From NCBI GenBank assembly GCA_032718475.1, contig JAUCBJ010006452.1, positions 1-64,000 on the forward strand: DNA of 64,000 bases. Reading direction: 5' to 3'. Under the pieces are notes generated by a model. That model did no database searches. It had not been told where the DNA came from and saw only the letters and a program-made list of their open reading frames with translations. Positions 13,174 to 24,719 of this stretch are shown piece after piece (positions within the stretch are counted from its first letter, which is position 1; every line of letters begins with the position of its first letter). This DNA comes from Nemertoderma westbladi (lineage: Eukaryota > Animalia > Xenacoelomorpha). The position numbers and the translations under genes are program-made.

Positions 13174-14667
13174 ATGGCGAGCAAGTTGATCAGGAAGAGA
13201 AAGGCAGAGTCAGGAGGAAAGGAGACATTGGTGGACTTCACCAAGAGACATCCGGAAGAGAAGACGAGAGGGTACTACGAACGGTTGGAGAGGGGTCACG
13301 CAGCACGAGCGCTACAAGACCATTTCAGGGAAGTGCAGGAACAGCGGCTGGTCGGGACCTACGGGACACCGTCGCTGGACAACGCGATATCCCAACACTT
13401 CCACTATGTAGTAAAGGGAGACGAAGAGAAGTTCGGGATTCCGAGGTACGCCAGGGATTCGCCGAAGAAGGATTGGAAGAGGTTCGTAGAATCCGTCAGT
13501 AGAGGAGGATATATGATCCTGGATGACGAGGGAACCGTGGAAGACGGGAAGGGACATAGTGGGTCAACCGGGATACCGGGATTGGAACCACTGCGAGAGG
13601 AGGAAGAAGACGACGACGAGTTCGGGGAGATGCCACCCATTGCGAGGATAGGCCGCTCGGATACGGACTGGGTTGGCGGAAGAGTGGTGACGGCCAGTGC
13701 GGCGCGAGCCTTCTGGGACACGCCCGGCAAGCGGGCCTGGGTGCACGAAGAACCGGCGATGGATTTCGCGGGGGACACCATCAGGCTGGGCGAACAACCG
13801 GGAACGGCACCACGGGTAGTATTCGGGGAGACGATGCCCGATAGGGGCGGAGAAATCGACGTAGAAAGAGACAGCAATGTGGAAAAGTTCGCCTACCAGC
13901 GACTCCATAGACCGCGGAGGTCGCTCGGGACGAGAGACGACGTGGGGCGGGAGACATTGGTACTAGGCTGCGACTACTGTGGGAGACAGACCCACCAGGA
14001 AAGGAGCTGTTTGTATCGGTTCCAGAGGGGAACCTTTTGTCTCTACTGCCGAGAAACAAGCCACAGGATGGGAGCGTGTCCACGGTTACACAACCGATGT
14101 CCAAAGTGCCACTTCCGGGGACACTACGGACGCCAGTGCGACTGGATGGACGACGAGGAGAAGTTCGCAAGGTTCGAGGAGTGGGCCGACGTAGGGGCTA
14201 TGACGCGCCAGCGCATGAAGGCCCAGGAGTTCAAGTGGGGTTTCTTTCTCATAAACCAGGAGACCCACATGGAGATCATAAAGAGAAGGTTACCGTTTAC
14301 CTATCAAGAGGTAGCGACGGCGGCGTCGTACGCCGGAGTTATGAACACGCAACGGTACCTGGACAGATGGACACCGGAGAACCGAAAAGAGTTTAGGGAT
14401 TTCTTGACGGAACACGTACCGCAAGCAATGAAAACGATCCTATGGGACGCCACCAGAGGGAGGCAACCGGGCCACTCTGAGGGACCACCTGCGAAGCGGT
14501 ATCGGGCACTAATAACACCAGCGCCCAAGGAGCCAACAACCGGAATCAGCAGGGAGGTGGCGGCAAAGGTCCGAAAACACAAAGCGGATCCCAGAGGAGC
14601 GGTGATAAGCAAGAAACGACCCAGGGAGGAGGACGCCAGGGGGAACCACCCCCGAGGGAACAGATAG
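13174..14667 (+). CDS. Accessory ORF of A1: ExoI-motif remnant plus three zinc knuckles
   Basis: 497 aa. GYMILDDEG; CDYCGRQTHQERSC, CLYCRETSHRMGAC, CPKCHFRGHYGRQC. Collinear similarity to the B1 accessory ORF. Confidence 0.8.
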   Translation: MASKLIRKRKAESGGKETLVDFTKRHPEEKTRGYYERLERGHAARALQDHFREVQEQRLVGTYGTPSLDNAISQHFHYVVKGDEEKFGIPRYARDSPKKDWKRFVESVSRGGYMILDDEGTVEDGKGHSGSTGIPGLEPLREEEEDDDEFGEMPPIARIGRSDTDWVGGRVVTASAARAFWDTPGKRAWVHEEPAMDFAGDTIRLGEQPGTAPRVVFGETMPDRGGEIDVERDSNVEKFAYQRLHRPRRSLGTRDDVGRETLVLGCDYCGRQTHQERSCLYRFQRGTFCLYCRETSHRMGACPRLHNRCPKCHFRGHYGRQCDWMDDEEKFARFEEWADVGAMTRQRMKAQEFKWGFFLINQETHMEIIKRRLPFTYQEVATAASYAGVMNTQRYLDRWTPENRKEFRDFLTEHVPQAMKTILWDATRGRQPGHSEGPPAKRYRALITPAPKEPTTGISREVAAKVRKHKADPRGAVISKKRPREEDARGNHPRGNR

Positions 14668-15353
14668 GTTCCAAGGAGGCGAGGGAGTAGAACTGAAACT
14701 AGCACGTGGTATGCCTGGAGGGCACCGCACGGAACGTACGAACTATTAAGTAATTTAATTAATGCAAATATTCATATAAGTGCAATCTGTACGTACGTAC
14801 GTAGTAATCAGTAATAAAATACATACGTTCGGAGTAAGTACTATAGTCATACAACCTTTCTCAACTAGCTACTGGGAATGGGGGGCTAACATGACTATGG
14901 GACTATGGACGAGACATGAGACGACTTCACACCACTTGAGTGCGACGGCACGGGGGGGGGGGAGGTGACATTCGTCAGAGTGGATGAGGTAGTCAGTGAG
15001 GGGTCGAGGAGAGAGTCAGATAGAGCGGAGTGCGGAAGGAGTGCGGGCGCAATCCTATAGTGGGAAAGTGGTAAGAGAGTGAGTAAGGGACAGAGAAGTC
15101 CAAGAGTAGAGTGAGAGTTAAGGGCGAAAGTGTTGGGGAAACAAAAATCGTGTGAGAGGTGAGCGCGATCGGCCCGACGCGGACGCCAGGCATAAAGGGT
15201 AGCGTTATCATACCCAGAGGGAGCGGCCTGGAAAGTCGACTCCAAAAGAAAAGATTTCCACCCCACACCCGATGCTAGATCGGGATCCAGCGGGATTGTA
15301 ACGCACTTTAAGGTTTGATGCTATCTTCACCGGGAAGATAGCATGGGGGGGAG

Positions 15354-15889
15354 TGTTAGCGAATCAATCCCGCCAATACTCCACAAAGTTGAGCCAATAA
15401 GCAATATTGGGGGACACGAGATTGGGTACCAACCAACTCGTGCCTCCCCAACAGAATGGGAGAGAGAAGCACACAATAAGGGTCAGGGGTTAGTATCCTG
15501 ACAGAAGAGGGAATAGCTGGGGTGAACGGGAACACCCCAAAGGGCGCCAACAAGGGTAGCAACCAATCAGAGGGGGGCTGGCACCGATTGAGTATCGATA
15601 AGGCCACCATGCAATATAACCAGTAAGCAGTAATCACATTACCTCAGTTATCTCAGTGTTACTGGTGGTACAGTAAGTTACAATTAGGGAAGTACCGGGA
15701 TTTTAGTTACCGTCGTCCCGACAGCCATTAATGTTAGTGTATAACATCAATCTATATCTATATCTATATCACATCTCAACGTCAGAATATAACGAACAAC
15801 AATAACTCCAACTTTATACTCTTTCATACGGCGGGGACGCGTGAACTAAACCGGATAAATCGGGTTCATCTCCGGATGATCCCGTCACA
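15354..15889 (+). repeat. 3' LTR of A1
   Basis: Matches 5277-5812; followed by TSD TTGGT. Confidence 0.97.
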
Positions 15890-17445
15890 TTGGTCAATCT
15901 AGTCCCATAGAAAAATAATAGTTAGATTGATGAAATTGAACCTACTTTCAACTTCTTCAATCCAGACTTTCTGTCTAGATTGATCAGATTTAACAGATTG
16001 AAAATGTAGAGCCGAAGTATCCCTCTGTGCAGAGATGCCATGGGTTAGTAGGGCAGGCTTATCCATACCTAAAGGAATAAAGAGCAGGGCGGCTAGGCGG
16101 GTAGACTAAGCTCAAAGAGCAGGGCGGCTACTTCAAACATCTATAGGCCAGGCTACTATTGAAATCCCGCAGAGCTTGAGAGTGATTGACAGGCACAGTA
16201 ACAATACAGATGGTGTATGGTGACTTTCTGAATTGCAGTTTCAGTACACCTGCCGTCTGCAGAAGTTATTGCCAAATTTCTCCTCTCCACTCCAACTCCA
16301 TAAGTCAACATGGCATGGCCTTGTGTAACAAAGCCACTAATGAAATGGGCCGCACTTTTGCCGCCTAGTTGAATTAATAACATGTTGCCCTGTCAAGCCA
16401 GGAGTGCCTTAATAAATTTAATCAGCTACAGTCATACTGATAAATATTTTCCACTTTATATAAATAAACAAATTTAAAAGCAGAATCAATATTCTTAATT
16501 TTCTGAAGCTAAAGAAACCAAATGTCCTTACATTCGTTTCTCAGTTAGTTTAACAGTTATGTCCTTGACGTTCAAACCTTTATTACTTTGTTTAACCACT
16601 ATATTCCACCATATTCGTTATATAGACTTGAGGCACCTGCTCCAATGAACCTCCGGCCGCACGGCCGATCGCCCGCTGGCCGTAGCGATCAGGGCTAATT
16701 GGATTGCAGGGAGTAGGAAATGCCCCCCCCCCCCCCCCCCACGTTTGGCCGCCACGCTCAGTAGGCCCCTTGCTTAGACAATAGTCTATGCAGCAAGAGG
16801 AAATTGATAAGTACAGTAGGAAAGACTTGTCTTTTCTGTGGGCCGCACACCCGCATGTATAGATAGAGAGATGTGCAGATGTGAGTGTAGGAAGTAAAGT
16901 TAGGCATGGGCGGGGGTGGTTACATTAGGTAGGTTTAATATGATTTTCACTCAGCGCAGTTCGCACTAATCCCTATCGATTATGTTGCCATTTTTTGTTA
17001 CTTATTGTTTCCCGCCCTCCCTTGCAATCAATATTAAAACAGACCCCTGCGCCCCTGCGAATGTTTGATAGATTAATTGTTACATATAAATAATATTCAA
17101 ACAAAAAATAAATGTTCTTGTTTATTATATTTATGGAATGATCTCTTTATTAGCTAGTCCAAATGTAATCAGTGAGTAAAACATTTAATTTGTAAAAGTT
17201 ATAAATAATTATGCTTACAGTACTACATGTACTTTATTTGCTTGCAAGTGCCCCATAATTATCTGATCCCTGCAATAATCTCTTTTAAACCAATGCAACG
17301 GCTCTATTTTGGGGAGCCAACCATGTCCGCCTGTCAATCACTCAGTTGGCTAGAAACCTGCGGCGTCCTGAAAGATATTTCCAGATTGATGAAATTGAGC
17401 AGATTGAACAGATTGAAAAATGGACTTTAATTGAGAACATAACTG

Positions 17446-18568
17446 TACGTGACCGAGAGACTGAATCAAAGGCCTTGAAGAAGTCAACAAAGATAACAGC
17501 CAGATGCCTGTCTTTCTTTTTTGATAATTCTTCAATTATCCTTCTAAGTGCCAAAATGGGCTCCATGGTCCCACGACCTTTACGGAACCCATTCTGATTT
17601 CCACGGAGCAGTCTCTCAATGGGATCCCTGATGCGATTTAATAGAATCCTATTGTATAGCTTTGCAGCAATCGAGATCAATGAGATTCCCCGAAAAGAAC
17701 CATAGAGTGTTAGGTTGCCCTTCTTGGGAACTGGCACCAACTTATTTGTTTTCATTTCTTGTGGGACTCTTGTTGTTCGGTACATGTCTACTATGATGGG
17801 ATAGATGAGCTTTAAACACTCAGGTATTTTAAAGACCTCAGGGGGAAAACTATCTACTACACTGGCACGATTGGTCTAAATGCTCTTTGCAGCAGCCTTC
17901 ACTTCTGCAAAGGAGATATCACCAATGGGAATATCTGGGAGTACAGACTCAGACACTTTTACTTCTATAAAGTTATCAGGCAATACCCTGTCATTATTGA
18001 GGAGCTTTTCAAAGTGGGCCTTCCAACCATTGAGGCGATCGGCTGGTGATTCAGCCTTAACCTTCCTTCGTGGTTGGTTGGCTTTTTCGACCAGCAAGCA
18101 AGTTGATAGATCTCCATGCCTGGGATGATTGCCTGCTGTCGTCAGCATCATTGATGGCATCAACCTGTTGGTTTATTAGCTCCTGTAAATTAACAGAATA
18201 CTGCCTGTTCAGGGACCTAGATGCAGCCTTAACTGCATTCTTGGCCGCTGTAGTCTGTTTGAGTCGGGACTCTTTCTGCGCCTTGTAGAGGTCATTTCGG
18301 CACTTCTGAATTTTGTTGACAGTCCAGGGGGCCCGTTTCCTGTTTCGAGGGTATACAGGAACTGTTTCTGCCGATGTGATCTGTGATCTGCGAACTGTGA
18401 TCTGCCGCCTCAGAGGCAAGAACCTTATACCTGTTGCTCATGCTCAGTTGTAGTGTGAAGCTGGATCTCACACTTGGCTGTTGCAACAGAGGGGACCAGT
18501 CATGCTGCGGCAAGGCAGATTTCGTTGTTCTGCTAGCAAGCAGACTAAGTCTTACCCTGGCCACAATA
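17446..18568 (-). mobile_element. LINE piece 2 (linker and RT N-half), degenerate
   Basis: VPVPKKG..FRGISL..KLY..QNGFRKGR..FVDFFKAFDSV motifs, with frameshifts. Confidence 0.9.
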
Positions 18569-19341
18569 CGGCCCTTACATGCCAAAACCGTCTAATTCAA
18601 ATTTTTTGAAAAATGACATATGCATATATTTGGAATCAGAAAAACGAGGCGCATCTTTGTAGTCAAGTCTTAAGACGTAATTATGAAGTCCTAAGGAGTT
18701 ATATTTTTGCCAAAACCGGCTATCTCAACATCTGTCAATAATAGTAAATCCCAAAACCATCTATCTTTACTTAGATTGATTTGGAATTAAACATTAAGTT
18801 TGGTTTTATTGTTTCCTTTATGCCGAAACCGTCTATCTGTGAATTCTAGTCTATCTGTGTATTCTGTCTACTTGTATTCCGTTGGATTCAATATCTAATA
18901 ATTTTTCATTTTTAATTTACCAAAACAGTCGAGTCTATCTCTATGATCTACAATACAATAATGACACTAAACTTGCCTTATAGCCTACAATTATGTTTTT
19001 ACTAGTATCTAGTTTTACTAGTTTCCTAAAATGTAATGGGCTATCCAACATCGCAAACGCCATTTATATAGCTACAGTATGATTGTTTTCGTGCCATGGT
19101 AACGCTCTGACACCCATCTCCAGTATTTTTCGTGCTAAAATTTTCAAAAGTTTTTATGACTAACTAAAATAAATTTTATGACCTTTATTAAAAATTTTGA
19201 TTTTTTTTGGAGTGCTGATCACGAATGTGACACTGAAATATATCGCACATTGTTGATTATGGCATTTTTAGAAATGTGTCAATGTGCGGCACGAAAAATA
19301 TAAATGTAGAAAAATTTGTTAATCAAAAATCATTACTAAAT

Positions 19342-20548
19342 TGTTCGCGCTTTCAGACCTTTGGCAGTTTAACCCGCCAAATTATGATGTCTTCTAGATA
19401 TTAAATCGCTTTTTAGCCTATGACAAGTATTTGATTCACTACACTAGTCGAAACCAATCTGTGCGCGATCATTCACCCGCTGGATATACCCGGGGGATTG
19501 GGTTCGACGGTTTAATCTTATTGCTATGTAAGCCTAACGTATTATTCGACTGACAGTATTATATAATCTCTGACAATATTATTCACCTTCGGGGAATATT
19601 AACAGTTCCTTTAGGACGTGGCGCTCTATCCATATAAACAGAGTTATGACTTAAACTACTCACAACGATATGGCTTAATTATAATTCACATATATGGCGC
19701 ATTCTTTAGGAAATGCTTCTTTAACAGACTCACTCATACACAATGCTGCACAATACTGCACATTAATCCGCCGATCTTCACTGATTTTAGTCACATATAA
19801 AAGGAACACCGACTGACTCATGTAGGGTCTATCAAATAACATTAGATTCACTTCAAACCACTTTAACATAAGTCACAATCGATATATGTAACCCTTCTCT
19901 CTTACCTTCGGTATATCAAGAATATTGGGTTTCGGGGTTGTTTCTCGTTATTCCAAATATAATAATTCATCCACAAATATAATGAATAACCGACAGCAAA
20001 GCAGTAATGTTAAGTTAAGTTGCACAGTATGGGCCAATTAACCAGTTTGTTTTGAGTTAAGACAATCAGCAATTAGTTTGCGAGTGATTCGTTAGTTAAA
20101 GGATATATGTCCTTATAATTAAACCTACTAGTGTGAAGCTAAAAAGCATAAAAGCACAAAACACTACAAAGCCGTTCTTTCGTGGCTTTGAAAAACTCGT
20201 GACTACTACTCTATACGAGGATACCAACTACCCTTATTCCACGAAGCTCCCGTTCAACACAGAGAAAGAGCAGTGAGATAGGAAAATTTCAGTTCAGTAG
20301 CTCTGTGATAGGTCAAAATCAAAGCTAACTCAAATTCTATTGGGAGATACAAAAACAGGGCTATGACGCAACCTCCCTAGGCTGGTTGTCCGATTAAACA
20401 GAGCCCAGTTACCTGCTTACAGCAAATCAGCCAATAAGCTGGTAGCTTGCACTATTTTAGTTATAGATCCCCTTTAGAGTATTCTAGCGACCGGGGGGGA
20501 ACTGGCCAGCAAAGCAAACGAACCAGTTATCCCACAAAAGCTTTTACA
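19342..20548 (-). repeat. 3' LTR of B1
   Basis: Near-identical to 36694-37900; TG..CA termini. Confidence 0.97.
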
Positions 20549-20626
20549 CCGCTCCCAGAAAATGGGATTTAAGTCTATAAAATATACAAAATTACAGTTT
20601 CTAAAATATAAAAATACTCTAAACAG

Positions 20627-23600
20627 TTAGTCTTTCTTGCGCGGACGGCGTTTACGCAGTTTCTTGAGGCTAGCAAGAGTCCTTTTCTCTTTGGGGCGAG
20701 CCACTTTATGAGGAGGGCTGTAGCTCCTAGGTGAAGGGTGCAATACAATTGCATCAGAAGGTGTAGGGTTACGATCGGTATACCCGCCGGTCGAAGTACC
20801 TGGTTGATTAATATCAACCTCAGTGGAGCGAGGTCTAACGGTCTCTAGAGCGCGTCTCAGGACAGCAGCTCCTACGGGTCCCTGACGGGTCGTCTGGACA
20901 CTAGCGGTGGGTGGACCGTGAGTGGTAAGGAACTTTCGCGGTTTAATGGTTCTCTCCAGCTTGCGTTCTCGGGTTTGATATTCATATGGGCGCCGAGATA
21001 CTTCCTGGAGTTCAGGATGCGAGTTCACAAAAATGTCGCCATACTCAGGGTCCTGACGGATAAAATTGATCAGGTGATATGTAGTTATATCATTAGGGTT
21101 GACGTTTCTAAGGTATTTTCTGACAAACTTGGTGGAAATACACTCACCAACACGCTTCATTAACTCGTAACTGGGTACGCATGTTTTCTGTTCAATCGAC
21201 GCAAATAGGTAAGGATGGAACTCGTAAACTCCCTCGTAAGCTCGTCCAGGGTAATAGCGATGTCTGGATTCGCAATGTAAATCTGCGTTTGCTTCCCAAG
21301 CTCGAATGTATCGCAGGGTGATCATTTCGTCTACGCTCTCTAAATCGCGATTAAAGGGACAATTGTAACTTTCATGTCCTTTAAGTTGACAGTAGTGACA
21401 TTGAGTCATAAATTGTGGGCAGAAGGCAAAAATATGAGAGTTATTAAGTCTGCAATAAGCACAATATATTTCCATCATCGGTTGTTCGAGGAAATAGGAG
21501 CAAGGTGCGTTGGAGTCGAGAGGAGTGAAGTGGTCTCTCGATGCGCATAATCGACAACGTTTTCGAGAAACGTAGTTGGCGTGTCGATAATCGTACGCTG
21601 TGAGACGTTGTGGACCTTGATACCACTCTATGACATAATCATTGTCACTGCTCCGGGAAGCTGTAGGCTGAATCGCTTCTGATTCCAAGCATACTGGCTC
21701 ATCCTCCAGCTGCATAGACGAAGTGGGTGCGTCTGTTTCCGTAAGTGGACCCACTGTCTGTATTTCCACGACAGAATAACCTATAGGTATTCGAGGTCTT
21801 TGTATAACCGATGAATGTAAGTTCTGTATACAAATTTCTTGAAAAACGGCAAATCCAGCGCTACTCAGTTTCTCAGCAGCTGAGTCTCTCAGACTGAGTT
21901 TGGTCAGCGCGCGGTCCTTGAACTGACTATCAACGTTACGGAACGGAGTCAGGAAGCGCCGGAAACATTCAAAACGTATAAACTTATTGTGTTCGTCTAA
22001 CTTGGCGAGTTTAGTTCCAAGTATCAATGGGTGAGCGCGTATGGTACGACTGCACACATCGGCTAGCCAACCGGCAAGTGCTGCGTTTTCAAAGATCGTG
22101 CATATAGCTAAGGAAGGACGAAGTGGAACACTCATAAAGCTATACACGGCACCAGGCGCAGTTAATGGTCCATCGAAATATAAACGAGAGTAATGATCTC
22201 CATATACTTGCTGGTAATTGATAGGATTTCCAACCTTGAAATTCCAACCATATTCTTGAAAGGCAAGATGTCCGATGGATGTCCGTTGTACTTTAGTAAT
22301 GCCGCAGGGGGTATTGGCATACATAGTGCGAAAGAAACCTCGGCCTTCGGCCCAAGGAGCAATCAGCTGAGTATCAACGAAAGGGTATGGAATGTTCTCC
22401 ATATTCCGGAAGTCGTTTTGGAGGTCTCCATAAACAGCTGAGCCGATTTTTAGAATTCTTTCGTTAAACAACATTTCGAGTACAGGTTGGGGTAACATTG
22501 ATCCATCGATACCCATGGCCGGTTTGCGCTCGGTGTCGGTGACGTAACGCTGCGCGAGCTCGAATTGTCCATGTCAAAGTTTCTTTTGTATCTCCATAAG
22601 AGTTTCAAAAGAATAATCAATCACGTCGGAACACGCTCGAGTGAATACGTGGGTAGAACCAGCAAGTCCTCGTATATGTATCATTCGCGTGGTTCCTAAT
22701 TCTCCCACCGGAACGCTACCTTTGTTGTCATAAGTAACAACGCCATACATCTCGATAACGTTAAGAGTCTCGTTCCATTCTTTAGTGGCGTTTTCGAGAG
22801 TCATTCCCACTGGATGCCATAAAGTAGCGCACTCATTAGCATTGGGTAAATCTCTATACTTTAAGCATTGTGTAGTATAGGTTTCCACATCTCCATATCT
22901 TTTTACTCTTTCTTCCTCGAATAACACGTCAAGATTCCAGTGCACTAATCGAGTTTTAATGAATCCATCAAGATTGTACGGAGGTGATGTTTCTTTCTCT
23001 ATTCTAGAAATATTATACGGTTTTCGAAATGAGTTTAATTTAACTAGCTGATCTAGATGTTTTTGTAGTTGTTCGAGTTCGACAAGATCGAGAGGATTGA
23101 TTAATGGTAGGAACCTCAGACTATGCGTAGGATCTTCCGGTTTCACCATGTAATATTGCTTCAAATTGACGTAATAAGGGTGATCCTTAATTCCATAAAA
23201 TGAGTCCGGCAAAGGTCTAGCGCGTATGTTAACATCGTGCACCATGCGACGGACAAGATCCGCTCTATTGTCCGGAGGCTCAACAAGTACGCCATCGACA
23301 CGAGCAGCCTCGACGGGTGGACGTTGTAGCATGGGAGCGTCAGCAACGAGCTCGTGAGATCTGAGATCAGTATTAACCGGTTGAGGCTGTACCGTAGCAA
23401 AGAGCTTGTCTTTAAACTGAGGAACCATCAAGGGGTGGAGGATCGTTTTGGAATAGAGATCCGTCACTAGAATTTGAACTTCTGGTTGGGCTAAAGCTGC
23501 TTCTTCCCTCTCAGTCAGCTCCATATGTCTCTCCTCGAGCTGATTTTCCTCCGCTTGTTGTTGCAAGCGCTCGTCCAGGAATTCCTGTAAAGAGTAGGTT

Positions 23601-24719
23601 CGTCCACGTTCTATGTCCTCCTCTAGATTTTGTATTTCTCTATCGAACTGGGGTAAAGCTAGTTCTTTCACCGCTTGGACTTGTTGTTGCAATTTACGTT
23701 TCTCCAAGCAATCGTAAGTTCCTTTTCCAATTTTCTGCCGAATAGCGTCTAATGCATTTCGTATCACGCTCTCTTCGACTTCTGTAACAGGTTGGATCGG
23801 AGGAAGGCCAGGACGGTTGTAGGGGTTAAACGGTGATATTAGATGACCGCGTCCTAGTCCAGCGAGGTAAGGTTGGCGAATAGCAAACAAACCCACTACC
23901 GGAGTGCCACCAATCAACTGTTCAGGTAACACTAGATCTTTGAACAGTGAGTACAGTTCGGGAGGATCCGTAATACTATTAGGATCTAGAGTTTGAGGTA
24001 TCACTTGGGAATGGGGAGGTCTGACCGAGTATTCCGGAACTCTGATCATGGGTTTATTCAATGATCGCTTAAGGCGCGCGACCGTAGGTGATACGTCGAA
24101 AAGGTTACGCTCGAAACTCCCATAAGTATATCGTGTAAAACTGTGTTTAGCACAACGTCTCCGAGGATGTTTATGCCTTTCGATTTGCTGGTTAGGTCTA
24201 GGGCATTCATCACAGTAATACCAAAGACGCACATCTTGAAGGGGAAAAGCGGGTGATCGCTCTCCAGTTTTACAATATTCCTCCATCTGTTCGAAGCTAT
24301 CTGGAACGACAGGTAGCACGTTTATCAGGTTCTTCAACGTCTTCTCTTTCGAGTTTGTTTCGAATAGAGTTCTCGTGTTCTATTCTCGATTTATCGTTTC
24401 GACTCCGCTGGGTATGATATTTAAATAAAACCATTTCCCTTTTGGTGTCTACATCGTCCGTATCGTGTAAATCGATAGGGTGACCAGTAGTCAAGAAGTC
24501 CATATACATACCATTACGATGCGTATAGCGAGCCGTGAACTTTCTATAATCCAATTCACGCGTAAGTTGCTCCTGGGACATTGGCGGTTCGATATAACAA
24601 CCATTGTCCTCCGTAGTAGTTGGATCAGCGTCGCCGCGTATCAAGCTATCAACAAACGCTTGAAAAGGTAGAGTATATCTCTCCCTGATACCAAGATCAT
24701 CTTCTATTAATTCAGTCAT
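20627..24719 (-). CDS. Accessory ORF of B1: DEDDy (WRN/EXD-like) 3'-5' exonuclease-like domain plus three zinc knuckles; one in-frame TGA and one frame offset
   Basis: ORFs 22574-24337 and 20627-22516 share a frame with a single TGA between them; 24297-24719 is offset by +1. Motifs GVVTYDNKG, LPQPVLEMLFNERILKIGSAVYGD, FVDTQLIA, SIGHLA, PLT...Y; knuckles CRLCASRDH, CAYC..H..C, CHYCQLKGHESYNC. Confidence 0.8.

Larger units (their letters stand above)
5277..15889 (+). mobile_element. BEL/Pao LTR retrotransposon A1, non-autonomous (RT/RH/IN deleted), recent
   Basis: 536-bp TG..CA LTRs with one difference seen, TSD TTGGT (5272-5276 / 15890-15894), PPT GGGGGGGAG before the 3' LTR, BEL-type gag and protease. 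Confidence 0.95.
5237..17445. mobile_element. Non-autonomous Tc1/mariner-type element (~1.6 kb net) interrupted by BEL A1
   Basis: Imperfect TIRs CAGTGTTGTTCACAGTTAAAATCCATTCTTCAATC / GATTGAAAAATGGACTTTAATTGAGAACATAACTG, TA on both sides. Removing it restores the LINE frame. A second partial copy starts at 49788. Confidence 0.85.

Noticed and set aside
20627-24719. Accessory ORFs as env genes
   Set aside because: No signal peptide or transmembrane anchor; the motifs indicate nuclease and nucleic-acid-binding domains.
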